Assembly: GCA_937876355.1 (NCBI GenBank)
Contig: CALFHN010000177.1
Location: 54 to 64,053 of the forward strand
Origin: an uncultured Bacteroidota bacterium
GTDB taxonomy: Bacteria; Bacteroidota; Rhodothermia; Rhodothermales; UBA10348
DNA: 64,000 nucleotides
Direction: 5' to 3'
Under the pieces are notes generated by a model. That model was given only the letters and a program-made list of their open reading frames with translations. It was not told the origin of the DNA and ran no database searches. Both the position numbers and the translations under genes were made by a program. Within the stretch, counting starts at the first letter, position 1, and the number at the start of each line of letters is the position of its first letter. Below are positions 1 through 9,462 of the stretch, one piece after another.

Positions 1-373
1 TCCCTGAAGCGGCCGACTTGCCCTCAGCCTTGGACTTACCCTGCGTCACAGGCGGCCTGTTCAGGACACCCAAACGTTGTGCTCCAGACGAACCTAAGGA
101 ACCCTGAGAGTCCTGGGAGCCCTGGGAGCCCACCTTTTGAATTGCGCTCCCACATCGACTGCAAAAATTGGAATCACCAGGATTTTGCCATCCACATTGA
201 TTACAAAACACAGTGTCCGTTTTTATGTCCTCAACAGGAATGCTTGTGTCATCCTGCGAATCAACTTGTTCAAGTACAGCCTCAGTAGACTCCCCAACAG
301 AGGTGCCGCATAAATCGCACATGGTACTCCCGTCGACTAGCCGAGCGCCACACGAATCACAAACTATGTTCAT
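1..373 (-). CDS. Double zinc-ribbon protein, N-terminal part. The ORF runs off the left edge of the window and is absent from the supplied ORF track.
   Basis: Hand translation of the minus strand from ATG 373..371 stays open to position 1: MNIVCDSCGARLVDGSTMCDLCGTSVGE...VFCNQCGWQNPGDSNFCSRCGSAIQKVGSQGSQDSQGS... It contains two CxxC-x10-CxxC zinc-ribbon units followed by a Gly/Ser/Gln-rich linker. It starts 10 nt downstream of the HU gene stop. Confidence 0.6.
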   Translation of the reverse strand, partial: MNIVCDSCGARLVDGSTMCDLCGTSVGESTEAVLEQVDSQDDTSIPVEDIKTDTVFCNQCGWQNPGDSNFCSRCGSAIQKVGSQGSQDSQGSLGSSGAQRLGVLNRPPVTQGKSKAEGKSAASG

Positions 374-382
374 ATTTTCTGT

Positions 383-667
383 TTAACCAATTGCCTCGTC
401 AACTTCCTTTCGAAAATCCTTCGAAGGCTTGAACGAGGGAATATTTGACGCAGCTACCGGAACGGGTGTATTTGTTCTTGGATTGCGCGCTGTTCGAGCT
501 GCCCGATGCTGGACAGTAAACGATCCGAATCCTCGGAGGTCAATTCGACCACCATTTCTTAATTCGGCTTTGATTACTGTCATGAATCCGTTCACGACAG
601 CTTCTGTTTCCAGTTTAGTAAGACCAGTCCCCGCTGAGATCTGATCAATAATATCTGCTTTAGTCAC
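383..667 (-). CDS. HU/IHF-family nucleoid DNA-binding protein
   Basis: The 94-aa product has typical HU/IHF signatures: 'MTKADIIDQIS...', 'RIDLRGFGSFTV', 'RTARNPRTNTPVPVAASNIPSFKPSK' (the DNA-binding beta-arm). GTG start is preceded by GGAGGG. Confidence 0.9.
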   Translation of the reverse strand: MTKADIIDQISAGTGLTKLETEAVVNGFMTVIKAELRNGGRIDLRGFGSFTVQHRAARTARNPRTNTPVPVAASNIPSFKPSKDFRKEVDEAIG

Positions 668-786
668 GTGGCCCTCCGCAAGGAGCTATCTAGTTGTGTA
701 TCAAGCGATTAAAAGATCTGAACATACAAGATGCAAAACGAAGCCTATATTGGCAATGCCGAAATTAAAAGATCGAATGCACTTGT

Positions 787-1944
787 ATGCACTTTCAGCC
801 TCCCATCGGACAAATTGGAGCCGAAATCATTTTTAGAAGCACCATTATTGCTTTTAGTAAGGCGTTTTGGGACGTTGAATTATTGAATGAAAATGCGCTT
901 CCTCCGGGACCTTGTTTCATTTATGGCAACCATTCTAACAATTACGACCCGTTTATTTTAAATGCTTTTTCAGAATTAGGGGGTAGTACGGCGGGCGTGA
1001 TGACGATGGAATACCTCCAAAAAGGACCATTAGCATCCCTTTTTAGAGCTTCTGGAATAGTAGGAACTCAGAAACGTGTTCCTGAACCACACCTGATTCG
1101 GCAAATCTGGAAGATGGCAGAGGAAGGTCGGCGAATTGTTATTTTTCCGGAAGGTGGTAGGCGATGGGATGGTCGACCGGCACCATGGATTGAGTCCACG
1201 GCAAAACTATTTATGAAATTGGGGATTCCCGTATACCCCATACGAATTCATGGATCCTACGCAGGATGGCCCCGGTGGGCGACGTTTCCCCGCCCCGCTC
1301 ACATCAAATTGGAAGTTTGTCCACCTTTGGATTTCTCAGACCGCCCGTCGCTCGCGCAAGGACTCAAAAGGCTGAAAAAGCCAATTTCACAAGATGAAAA
1401 TCAAGTTCCTGAGCATATAAAACCGGGTTGGGCATTTCGCCCGATTGCAGGAATCACAAAACTGTTGTACCGAGATCCGTGGACTGGTGAGTTTAACGGA
1501 TTCATCGAATCTGGTTCGACGATTTTGCGCCAATCGTCCTCAGAGAGAAGCTGGTCAATGCTTCCTGATTCCACTTTGAAGGATCAGACTACCGGCGAAA
1601 TTCTCTTCACCGGAGATTTGTATAATGAAATCAGAAATCTTCCACTTGATCGCACTTCGGAGGCGCCAATTCTGAAAAACGAGTCTCGGGTTACTATTAT
1701 CAACAGCGATGGATTGACCACCTCATATTTTGAAGGAGAAGTTTCTCTATGGTCGAACCGGATTTCCTTTTCCGAGGGACAGCCGTTATCGTTGGATAAA
1801 ATCAGATACACAGGCTTGGAAAAGAGTAACAAAATTTGGATTCTAACTTCAGAATTTTCGTATCACTTAGTATTCACCGGCCACGGTAGTGTTCTTGCTT
1901 GGCAAGATGTCCTAAATAAACTCCTCCCCGACTTGAACTGTTAA
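787..1944 (+). CDS. Lysophospholipid/glycerolipid acyltransferase (PlsC family) with a C-terminal extension of about 180 aa of unknown function
   Basis: The HX4D motif 'NHSNNYD' and the 'FPEGGRRW' motif are characteristic of the PlsC acyltransferase family. The C-terminal half was not recognised. Confidence 0.7.
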   Translation: MHFQPPIGQIGAEIIFRSTIIAFSKAFWDVELLNENALPPGPCFIYGNHSNNYDPFILNAFSELGGSTAGVMTMEYLQKGPLASLFRASGIVGTQKRVPEPHLIRQIWKMAEEGRRIVIFPEGGRRWDGRPAPWIESTAKLFMKLGIPVYPIRIHGSYAGWPRWATFPRPAHIKLEVCPPLDFSDRPSLAQGLKRLKKPISQDENQVPEHIKPGWAFRPIAGITKLLYRDPWTGEFNGFIESGSTILRQSSSERSWSMLPDSTLKDQTTGEILFTGDLYNEIRNLPLDRTSEAPILKNESRVTIINSDGLTTSYFEGEVSLWSNRISFSEGQPLSLDKIRYTGLEKSNKIWILTSEFSYHLVFTGHGSVLAWQDVLNKLLPDLNC

Positions 1945-1949
1945 GATGT

Positions 1950-3359
1950 ATGGATGCTTGGAATTTACAAGTCAGTTTAGGAGATCTCCTGATCGATTTT
2001 TCTATCATTGGTGCCCTCCTCTTAGCCGGAACTTGGCTGAGACGTTGGGTTCCCTTTTTTCAGCGTTTTTTAATTCCAAACAGCCTTATTGCTGGGTTTT
2101 TGGGGCTCCTTCTGGGAAATGAACTACTGGCCCTTCTCCCATTCGATTCAGCTCGAATGGGAGCTTATGTGTATCATCTCCTTGCTTTGACTTTTATATG
2201 TGTTGGCCTCTTTAAAACCGAGGGATCACATTCCTGGGGTGTAGTCAACTTGGGCTTCATGCAGGTTATTATCATGTTGGTTCAAGGCATTGTAGGACTT
2301 GCGATTGGGATTGCAATTGCAATGACGTTGGTGCCAGATTTAAACCCGGCAACGGGTATTCTACTGCCACTAGGGTTTGCCATGGGCCCTGGAATCGCGT
2401 ATTCCATCGGACAATCTTGGACTGCCTTTGGTTATGAAAACGCTGGATCAGTCGGACTAACCTTTGCTGCTATAGGATTTTTGATCGCCTATTTCGCGGG
2501 AATGGTACTGGTAAACAGGGAGGTTGCCAAAACAGGTCGAACTGCGCTACCAGATCACATTCGGCATGGCGTGCGAGAAAAAGGAAATCGTCCAGAGGGA
2601 TCTAAACAGACCTTTTCTAGCGCCGCCGTTGAGCCTTTTGCCGTTCACCTTGCTCTTGTAGGTGCTATCTACCTAGTAACTTTTGGGGTTACTGGATATT
2701 TGGCAAACTTACTGCTATTGGCAGGTCTCGAAGCAGAAGTCCCCGTCATTTGGTCGTTTCATTTCATCATTGCAAATGCACTATCTCTAGGATGCCGCAG
2801 AGTCGTGCTAGCTGGCAAGAGGGGCGATTGGATTGACAACGGAACCGTTCATCGCCTAACAGGGTCTTTTGCGGAATTTCTGATCGCATCTTCCATAATG
2901 GCCATTAGCCTTAGCATCGCCTGGCGCTTTGCTCTCCCAATGGCTCTTATTTGCCTTGCAGGGGGATATATAACCTATCAACTTCTGAAATGGGCGTGCT
3001 GGAAGGTGTTCCGAGAGCACCAATTCGAGCGGTTTATCGGGATGTTTGCCCAAATGACGGGTACCATTAGTTCTGGGCTCGCCCTAATTCGAGTTACTGA
3101 CCCTGATTACCGGTCGCCTGTTGCGCAGGAATTGGTCTTATCAAGTGGGATGGCGCTTAGTTTTGGTTTTCCACTTTTAATACTGATCAACCTGCCATTT
3201 ACCCTATTCAATGGCGAATTGAAAGGTTTTGTGATCGTGTTGTGTCTCATGGTCAGCTATCTCGTACTGCTAGGAGGAGCTTGGTATCTTTATTATCGGA
3301 AAAAAATGATCCAGCACAGTGATGCCCGAGTAATTTCTGCTCCAATTGGCAAGTCGTGA
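1950..3359 (+). CDS. Polytopic membrane transporter, sodium/glutamate symporter (GltS/ESS)-like
   Basis: About 10-12 hydrophobic segments. The N-terminal 'LLLAGTWLRRWVPFFQRFLIPNSLIAGFLG' resembles the GltS N-terminus as I recall it. The family assignment is tentative. Confidence 0.5.
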   Translation: MDAWNLQVSLGDLLIDFSIIGALLLAGTWLRRWVPFFQRFLIPNSLIAGFLGLLLGNELLALLPFDSARMGAYVYHLLALTFICVGLFKTEGSHSWGVVNLGFMQVIIMLVQGIVGLAIGIAIAMTLVPDLNPATGILLPLGFAMGPGIAYSIGQSWTAFGYENAGSVGLTFAAIGFLIAYFAGMVLVNREVAKTGRTALPDHIRHGVREKGNRPEGSKQTFSSAAVEPFAVHLALVGAIYLVTFGVTGYLANLLLLAGLEAEVPVIWSFHFIIANALSLGCRRVVLAGKRGDWIDNGTVHRLTGSFAEFLIASSIMAISLSIAWRFALPMALICLAGGYITYQLLKWACWKVFREHQFERFIGMFAQMTGTISSGLALIRVTDPDYRSPVAQELVLSSGMALSFGFPLLILINLPFTLFNGELKGFVIVLCLMVSYLVLLGGAWYLYYRKKMIQHSDARVISAPIGKS

Positions 3360-3370
3360 CCAACTTTACC

Positions 3371-5335
3371 TTAGGTACCGGTTACCCTGATTGCTTCTTC
3401 AATGCTCGTTTCACCGTCTAAAACAAGCTGCCGGGCTGCGTTTTGAAGTGTTGTCATTCCCTCCTCCACTGCCGTCTTGCGCAACTCGTGCTCGTCGATA
3501 GAATTGGTTGAGGATAATATTAAGGCCCTCACTTTGGGAGTAAAAAGCATCGTTTCAGCAACTGCTCTTCGGCCTTTGTACCCATTTCCACCGCACGTCT
3601 TGCACGAGTCAAACCCTCCGGTTTGATAAAATGTAGCTTGATATAGGTCTTCGTCTGAGAATCCAAGATGACGTAGGAACTCAAAATCAGGATTCGGATC
3701 TGGAATACGACAGGTCAAACACAGTTTTCGCATTAATCTCTGCGCTACAACAATATTGATGGCATAAGCAATCAAAAACGGCTCTACCCCCATCTTGAAC
3801 AACCGTGAGACTGCGCTAGGCGCATCGTTGGTGTGCAGGGTCGAAAAGGTCAAGTGGCCCGTATTAGCCAGTTTTATGGCCAAATCTGCCGTTTCTTTGT
3901 CACGCATCTCCCCGACCATAACGACGTCCGGATCGTGCCTTAAGATGGCACGAAGCGCACCTTCCAATCCAAGTCTAGGGCCCAACTTAATTTGTCGGAT
4001 TCCTCTCATGAGGTATTCCACAGGGTCTTCGACCGTCAGTACGTTTACTTTTGGTGTAACTACCTGATGCAGGGCGGCCACAAGCGTAGTACTTTTACCA
4101 GAACCAGTTGGCCCTGTCAAGATAATCATGCCGTGCGGCTGCCGAATTGCCTTTTGAAACCGGGCGTACGCATCGTCTAGGAGTCCAATTTGTCGAAGAT
4201 CGGTTAATATTTTCCTGTCATCTAGGACCCTTATCACCACACTTTCAGCATGGACATCCTGCTGCGCTGAGGCGATTGGCAAAACAGAAACCCTAAATCG
4301 GATTAGAACATCGTCCATCCACCTTTGGATAAACCCATCCTGCGCTATATCACGGTCAAATCGGTCAACGTTCATCGAATTGTCTTTTACCACAGCCAAA
4401 AAGGCTTCTGGTTTAAAACGCTTTTCAACGTGCCATTCGGAAAGTTCGCCATCAATCCTGAAGTGAATCTGAATATGGCCGTCTGAGTCGGGATAAATAT
4501 GCAGGTCAGATGCCCCCAATTTCACGGCCTCAAGCAATGCTCCCTCAAAAAGGTTAATTAAGTGAGATCTGCTTATTTCCGCTTCAAGAACGTTTTCGTC
4601 AACAAGATTCTCCTCGTTATCGTACGAGAGACCCATGTCTACAGTAGGTCCTTGCTCTCCCAATCCCTCCAGAAACGCATTCCGACCTAAAAAACTGTCA
4701 GAAGCTAACATTCCAACCATTGACTTTCGAGCAAATTGAAGCTCAAATCGCCGAAGCCTTAATCCTTGAATGATTTGGTGGACTTCAGGCCTCGTTGGAT
4801 CATGAGTTACAAATATCCATTTTTTTTCACCAGAAACCATATCCGTCTCCCTTCGAATTGGCAAAACAAAGTGTTCCACCATTTCCGTCCATAATTCTTC
4901 GGAAAAGGAATTACGATGATGATTTATAAATTCAACAGCTTCAGTTTCGTCAATTACGGCTTCTGTAAAAGCATACAAGCGGGCTGCTTCAACAAAAATG
5001 TCTTGAGATTCTAAATCAGGATTAATCGCAAGGACTCTCCAAAGTGGAACTCGGAAATCTTTTGTACGCAATTTTTGCCACTCATGCCAGGAGGCTTCCA
5101 CGTGTATATTTTGAACCAAGCCTTTTCGTAAAAGACGGCTCACAACTCGATCTCTGTTGGCATCAGCTAGGTATCCCCCACTATCCGGGAGTGGTTCGGT
5201 TTGGGATCTGACGGGCCCCCTATCCGATTGAAAACGCCATTCTTGTTTTATGGGGCCTTCTTCCGGATTGGGAAGTTCTGGCTTTGAACCAAACGCAGAA
5301 AATGATGAATCTTTTTCCATAAATGCCAAACCCAA
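3371..5335 (-). CDS. PilB/GspE-family secretion or type IV filament ATPase
   Basis: Walker A 'GPTGSGKST', Asp/Walker B 'DPDVVMVGEMRD', His box 'GHLTFSTLHTND', and tetracysteine 'CLTC...CKTCGGNGYKGR'. The N-terminal region has a T2SSE_N-like pattern. An alternative start at the second Met is at 5320. Confidence 0.9.
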   Translation of the reverse strand: MGLAFMEKDSSFSAFGSKPELPNPEEGPIKQEWRFQSDRGPVRSQTEPLPDSGGYLADANRDRVVSRLLRKGLVQNIHVEASWHEWQKLRTKDFRVPLWRVLAINPDLESQDIFVEAARLYAFTEAVIDETEAVEFINHHRNSFSEELWTEMVEHFVLPIRRETDMVSGEKKWIFVTHDPTRPEVHQIIQGLRLRRFELQFARKSMVGMLASDSFLGRNAFLEGLGEQGPTVDMGLSYDNEENLVDENVLEAEISRSHLINLFEGALLEAVKLGASDLHIYPDSDGHIQIHFRIDGELSEWHVEKRFKPEAFLAVVKDNSMNVDRFDRDIAQDGFIQRWMDDVLIRFRVSVLPIASAQQDVHAESVVIRVLDDRKILTDLRQIGLLDDAYARFQKAIRQPHGMIILTGPTGSGKSTTLVAALHQVVTPKVNVLTVEDPVEYLMRGIRQIKLGPRLGLEGALRAILRHDPDVVMVGEMRDKETADLAIKLANTGHLTFSTLHTNDAPSAVSRLFKMGVEPFLIAYAINIVVAQRLMRKLCLTCRIPDPNPDFEFLRHLGFSDEDLYQATFYQTGGFDSCKTCGGNGYKGRRAVAETMLFTPKVRALILSSTNSIDEHELRKTAVEEGMTTLQNAARQLVLDGETSIEEAIRVTGT

Positions 5336-5343
5336 AGGCGAAA

Positions 5344-6084
5344 TTAGGCTGCTCGTTTGTTAGGAATCTCTATTACGGACACTTTCTGCAATGCTGGGCG
5401 AGTCACATACACCGTAGCGCCAATAGCCGGAACGTGCTGTGAAATCATTTCGAGCATTCCCACCACCACAGGCCCATCTGCATATGCCAATTCGGTCTGA
5501 AAAGCGGTAATTCCGTTAACATAGTCTCGAACACGGCGACTTGTAGGATCTTTTGAAACACAAACTACTCTGCCATTGACAATTGGAGATTCCCCATGTT
5601 CAACAACTGGCACAAGTCCGATTTCGAACATTTCATTCCAATGTTTTGGAAGAATCCGGACTGTTAGCATATCAGCTAGTACCAAAGAACTCATTTGACA
5701 GATCAGAACAGACCTGAATCCGTATACCCGAGATGCCATCCGCTCCAATTGCTGCGCTCTCCAAGGGTCAAGTTTAATGACTTCCTTCCATGTAAGTGGT
5801 GACGTACGACCAGCGGGGCCCTGCTTTTCAGACGCTTCCATCCAAAAACCTACATCTTCAGGAGAAATAACGTTTTCTTTCAACGATGCGGACAATACCC
5901 TATCCAACTTGAGGTTTGAACCCGTTTTTGAACCAAGCCATTCAGTAACCACGTCGTCAATGAGCATTGTGTTGATTGGTCTCACGTTACCAATCCGATC
6001 TGACCTATCCGTCTCCGGATTATGTCCTGCCGAGGAATGCGCTTTGAGCGTTCTCTTGAATATGTCTAACCATCCTGTCTTCAT
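5344..6084 (-). CDS. Hypothetical protein with GspE/PilB N-terminal-domain (T2SSE_N)-like pattern
   Basis: The 246-aa ORF lies 8 nt upstream of the ATPase on the same strand. Segments such as 'DRVLSASLKENVISPEDVGFWMEASEKQ' and '...ERMASRVYGFRSVLI' resemble the helix pattern of T2SSE_N domains. No catalytic motifs are present. Confidence 0.4.
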   Translation of the reverse strand: MKTGWLDIFKRTLKAHSSAGHNPETDRSDRIGNVRPINTMLIDDVVTEWLGSKTGSNLKLDRVLSASLKENVISPEDVGFWMEASEKQGPAGRTSPLTWKEVIKLDPWRAQQLERMASRVYGFRSVLICQMSSLVLADMLTVRILPKHWNEMFEIGLVPVVEHGESPIVNGRVVCVSKDPTSRRVRDYVNGITAFQTELAYADGPVVVGMLEMISQHVPAIGATVYVTRPALQKVSVIEIPNKRAA

Positions 6085-6231
6085 GGAGCGTCGATTTTGA
6101 GCTAAGTCATTGTTTAATAGGCCACTCCAGTACGGTATCGGTCGAGTTGAGGACTTGTTAAGATGAAACTTACATACCTACATTTCGCGTATACTGATTG
6201 TAGAAAAATCTCCATCATATTGGTATCAGAT

Positions 6232-6507
6232 ATGCCCTGTTTCTTCGTCCTGGCGGCGTTAGTCCTCCCTCGACTATCAATAGCCTACCTCTGGTTTATG
6301 ACGAATTGGTTTACCGGCGTCTTTGATTCATTACTCTGGCCAATTCTTGGATTTCTATTCGCTCCGACCACTCTATTGTGGTATAGCGTTGTGGCAGTAG
6401 TGTACAACGGTACTTGGGGTACTTTTCAGATTATCGTCTTAATTTTGGCCATATTAACCGATGTTTCGCCGTCTACTAGCAAAAAACGGAGAAGACAAAG
6501 CGCATAA
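6232..6507 (+). CDS. Small hypothetical membrane protein (about 3 TM, basic C-terminus)
   Basis: The ORF from the internal Met reads 'MPCFFVLAALVLPRLSIAYLWF...' with three hydrophobic helices and a KKRRRQSA tail. The track ORF starts at 6163. No family was recognised. Confidence 0.4.
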   Translation: MPCFFVLAALVLPRLSIAYLWFMTNWFTGVFDSLLWPILGFLFAPTTLLWYSVVAVVYNGTWGTFQIIVLILAILTDVSPSTSKKRRRQSA

Positions 6508-6532
6508 AGATGCGACGTTGTGTCGGTTCTAG

Positions 6533-7522
6533 TTAGCTTACGCGGACAACGATTCGACCTGTAATTTTGCCCTTCATGAGCTGTTCGGCAGCGGTAACAA
6601 TTCCGTCAAGGCTTACTTCATGGCTCATATCGTCGAGCTTATGATTGGATGCTAAAACGCAAAGCCGATCCCATGCCTCCTGTCGTACCTCATTTGGACA
6701 CGTATTGGAATCTATTCCAATCAGGCGTATTCCTCTGAGAATGAATGGAAAAACACTCGTTTCTAAGCTAGTTCCACCCGCGAGACCGCAAACAGCAATT
6801 GTACCGTGTCTGGCCGTCTGGCTTACGATGGCTTCAAGAGTCTTTGACCCAACGGAATCGACGCATCCTGCCCATTTTGAGGAATCTAATAACGTACGGG
6901 CGCCGCCAGACAGTTCATTTCGCTCAATTATGTCTGATGCACCTAGATTTATTAGATATGGGTGAGAATTTACTTTTCCGGTCGAAGCGACTACGCTATA
7001 CCCTAGGTCGGCTAAAGCCATTACCGAAAAACTGCCCACGCCACCCGTAGCACCGGTAACTAGAAAGGCCCCGTTTTTATCTCCTGGTCCCTTCTCGATT
7101 TCCATTGCTGCAAGCATGGCGGTTAACCCCGCAGTGCCAATGGTCATTGCGTCTCGCGAAGACCACTTCGCAGGAAGGCGAATTAAACTAGAAGATGAAA
7201 GACGTTGATATTCACTATACCCGCCCCATTTATTTTCACCCAAGCCCCATCCTGTCGAGAGGACCCGATCTCCCGGCTGAAACTCAGGGTTCGTTGAGCT
7301 AAACACTTTTCCAGCCAAGTCAATGCCAGGCACAAATGGAAATGCACCGCGAACAATTTTACCGGAATTGGTCACGGCCAAAGCATCTTTGTAATTAATT
7401 CCACTCCACTCTACAGCCACCACAACGTCCCCAACATTTGGCAAGTCGTCGAGCGTAATCGTTTCGACTGTGGCTGAAAACAGGGGCTTCTCCCTGAGAA
7501 TCAAGGCTTTAAATGAACTCAT
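6533..7522 (-). CDS. acuI: Acrylyl-CoA reductase / YhdH-type NADPH-dependent MDR oxidoreductase
   Basis: Collinear resemblance to E. coli YhdH/AcuI: 'VEWSGINYKDALA', 'PFVPGIDLAGKV', 'TGWGLGENKWGGYSEY', 'VTGATGGVGS', 'CGLAGG', 'GRIVVRV'. Confidence 0.85.
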   Translation of the reverse strand: MSSFKALILREKPLFSATVETITLDDLPNVGDVVVAVEWSGINYKDALAVTNSGKIVRGAFPFVPGIDLAGKVFSSTNPEFQPGDRVLSTGWGLGENKWGGYSEYQRLSSSSLIRLPAKWSSRDAMTIGTAGLTAMLAAMEIEKGPGDKNGAFLVTGATGGVGSFSVMALADLGYSVVASTGKVNSHPYLINLGASDIIERNELSGGARTLLDSSKWAGCVDSVGSKTLEAIVSQTARHGTIAVCGLAGGTSLETSVFPFILRGIRLIGIDSNTCPNEVRQEAWDRLCVLASNHKLDDMSHEVSLDGIVTAAEQLMKGKITGRIVVRVS

Positions 7523-8691
7523 TGGCTCCTTCTGGAACTGCGTTTAGTTGTATTTTCGGTACCGCTTGCGGGCGTGTCACGTTCACGGTCGCGTTCGCGT
7601 TCGGGGAAAAGTGGATCCAATTGCAAATATTCAGTAGAAATGCGATCGTTCCAACGTTTCTCCGCTGTTTCACTCCCTCTTAAAAACTGAAAAGATCCTT
7701 CAGCACCATCCGAACGGACATGTAACATTCCTGTTAGGTCTGACCATTCTCCTCTAAAGGCATCTTGCCAATGCAGCTCGAATTCGGCCAAATATGCCTT
7801 GTTGAGGGGTTCAAAGGACCAATCGATGAGAAAAATGTAGGCCCGGCGCGACCCAAGACGCCCCGAAACTTCTGAAAGAATGACTGCCCCTGCCTGATCG
7901 ACCAACTCTCTGACTTCGATTGTTCGCTGCTCGACAGATTTTGACCGAACAACAATTCTTTCCTGGGCTACCAAAGAGGGCTCTTCCGACATCAAAGCAT
8001 ACAAATCAAACATAACCACAGCTGAATCTGAATCCATCATGGACGACTGGATTTGATACCGTAGATCTCGATGACCATCATAACGATTAAGCGCGAACGG
8101 AGTTGTTGATCTCGTTATTGGAAAACGAATGTAATCGTCCGGAGCTTTTTCTACGTAGATTTTAACAGACAACTCTTTTCCACTCGGCTTTCTAATCTGT
8201 TCCCATTGGTCGCTATCAAACACTTGTCTTTGAAGAACGGAGGCAAGTTCGACTTCGCCCTTATCGTTCAATGGAGAATCTTGAGGAAAATCAACGGCAT
8301 ATTCAGCAACTACTTTTTTAGGGGAAGCAGATATCACCTTTTGTTCGCATGTTGACATCGTTTGAAATACGGCACAAACCTCAACCAGAATCCTTTCCCG
8401 ATCAGATAACCTTCTGTCCGGCAACGAGATGTTGGTACCATCCCCTACGTATAGGGTGTCAAAGTCCGCGCTAAACACGGTGTAAACCAAAACGTCCGGT
8501 GAAACTGACGTTTTGGCATTAAATAATGGCTGATATAAAAATTCTGTGGCAATATGTAACGAATCCCACGAAGTCTGGTTGAGCTCAAAGGATTGAACAA
8601 CAAAACTTGATCGACTTGAACAAGCCGACAACAAAAAGACGAGAAGGACAAGTCCCCTGTATAGTCTAAATGATCGAGTCGTTTCGGCCAT
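7519..8691 (-). CDS. Hypothetical lipoprotein
   Basis: Signal peptide plus lipobox 'LVFLLSAC'. 4-nt ATGA overlap with the acuI start, and a 2-nt gap after the Nudix gene. No recognised domain. Confidence 0.55.
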   Translation of the reverse strand: MAETTRSFRLYRGLVLLVFLLSACSSRSSFVVQSFELNQTSWDSLHIATEFLYQPLFNAKTSVSPDVLVYTVFSADFDTLYVGDGTNISLPDRRLSDRERILVEVCAVFQTMSTCEQKVISASPKKVVAEYAVDFPQDSPLNDKGEVELASVLQRQVFDSDQWEQIRKPSGKELSVKIYVEKAPDDYIRFPITRSTTPFALNRYDGHRDLRYQIQSSMMDSDSAVVMFDLYALMSEEPSLVAQERIVVRSKSVEQRTIEVRELVDQAGAVILSEVSGRLGSRRAYIFLIDWSFEPLNKAYLAEFELHWQDAFRGEWSDLTGMLHVRSDGAEGSFQFLRGSETAEKRWNDRISTEYLQLDPLFPERERDRERDTPASGTENTTKRSSRRSQ

Positions 8692-8693
8692 AT

Positions 8694-9263
8694 TTATTCA
8701 ATCGTAATCAGTCCTTGGGCTATCGCCCTGTAAAACGTACCAATATGAAGTCCGTGAACCATTCGCCCTGATAAAATGGCCTGATGTACTTCCTTTGGAG
8801 TTAAGCATACGAGGATCAAGTCCTCAGTTTCATCCAAATTGATCCGGCTCGTATTTTTCACGTCTCGACTAAAAAATGCATAGGCGGTATTATTATGCCG
8901 AGAAGGATCTTCTACCAGTGTACCAATAGGTTGAACGTTGCTTGCGATGTGGCCCGTCTCCTCTTCAAATTCTCGCACAGCCCCAACTACAGGCTTTTCA
9001 CCTTGCTCTAACATTCCCGAAGGAAATTCCAAGCTTAGGCGACCAATCCCATGTCTATACTGTTCTACTAGTACTAAGTGTCCCTCACCATCCAGTCCTA
9101 AAAGCATAGTCCAATCCGGATACTCTAGAACGTGAAACTCTGGGATTTCGTGCCCCGACGGTAAAATAACCCTGTCTTCACGAACCTTTAGCCACCAACG
9201 GTCCAAAATGTATCGACTTGAGAGGACTTTCCAGGACTGTAACATTGCTTCTAAAAAGGTCAT
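8694..9263 (-). CDS. NUDIX hydrolase (ADP-ribose pyrophosphatase-like)
   Basis: Complete Nudix box GX5EX7REUXEEXGU: 'GMLEQGEKPVVGAVREFEEETG'. Confidence 0.85.
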   Translation of the reverse strand: MTFLEAMLQSWKVLSSRYILDRWWLKVREDRVILPSGHEIPEFHVLEYPDWTMLLGLDGEGHLVLVEQYRHGIGRLSLEFPSGMLEQGEKPVVGAVREFEEETGHIASNVQPIGTLVEDPSRHNNTAYAFFSRDVKNTSRINLDETEDLILVCLTPKEVHQAILSGRMVHGLHIGTFYRAIAQGLITIE

Positions 9264-9462
9264 GATGATCTGAGTAGGTTCGCCTACTATGTGAGGCTAG
9301 CACTGATCCCGAATCACATTTCCCTTTAGAGCGGTCTTTTGAGGTATCGTCGAACTTTATTTCCTTCCATGATTATGAATAGAATTAGCTTCGACAGTCT
9401 TTCATTTGTGGAGGTAAATGTGCGTTCTTGTAACTCTTCATCCAAAAAAACTCAAATTTCCC

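Noticed and set aside
112-129. 9-bp tandem duplication CCTGGGAGC x2
   Set aside because: It lies inside the zinc-ribbon ORF, where it simply encodes the GSQGSQ linker repeat. It is not an independent element.
79-288. 69-aa plus-strand ORF at the left edge
   Set aside because: It lies antisense to, and entirely inside, the much better supported zinc-ribbon ORF (1-373, minus strand). It has a low-complexity 'PGSPGSP' translation and no start context.
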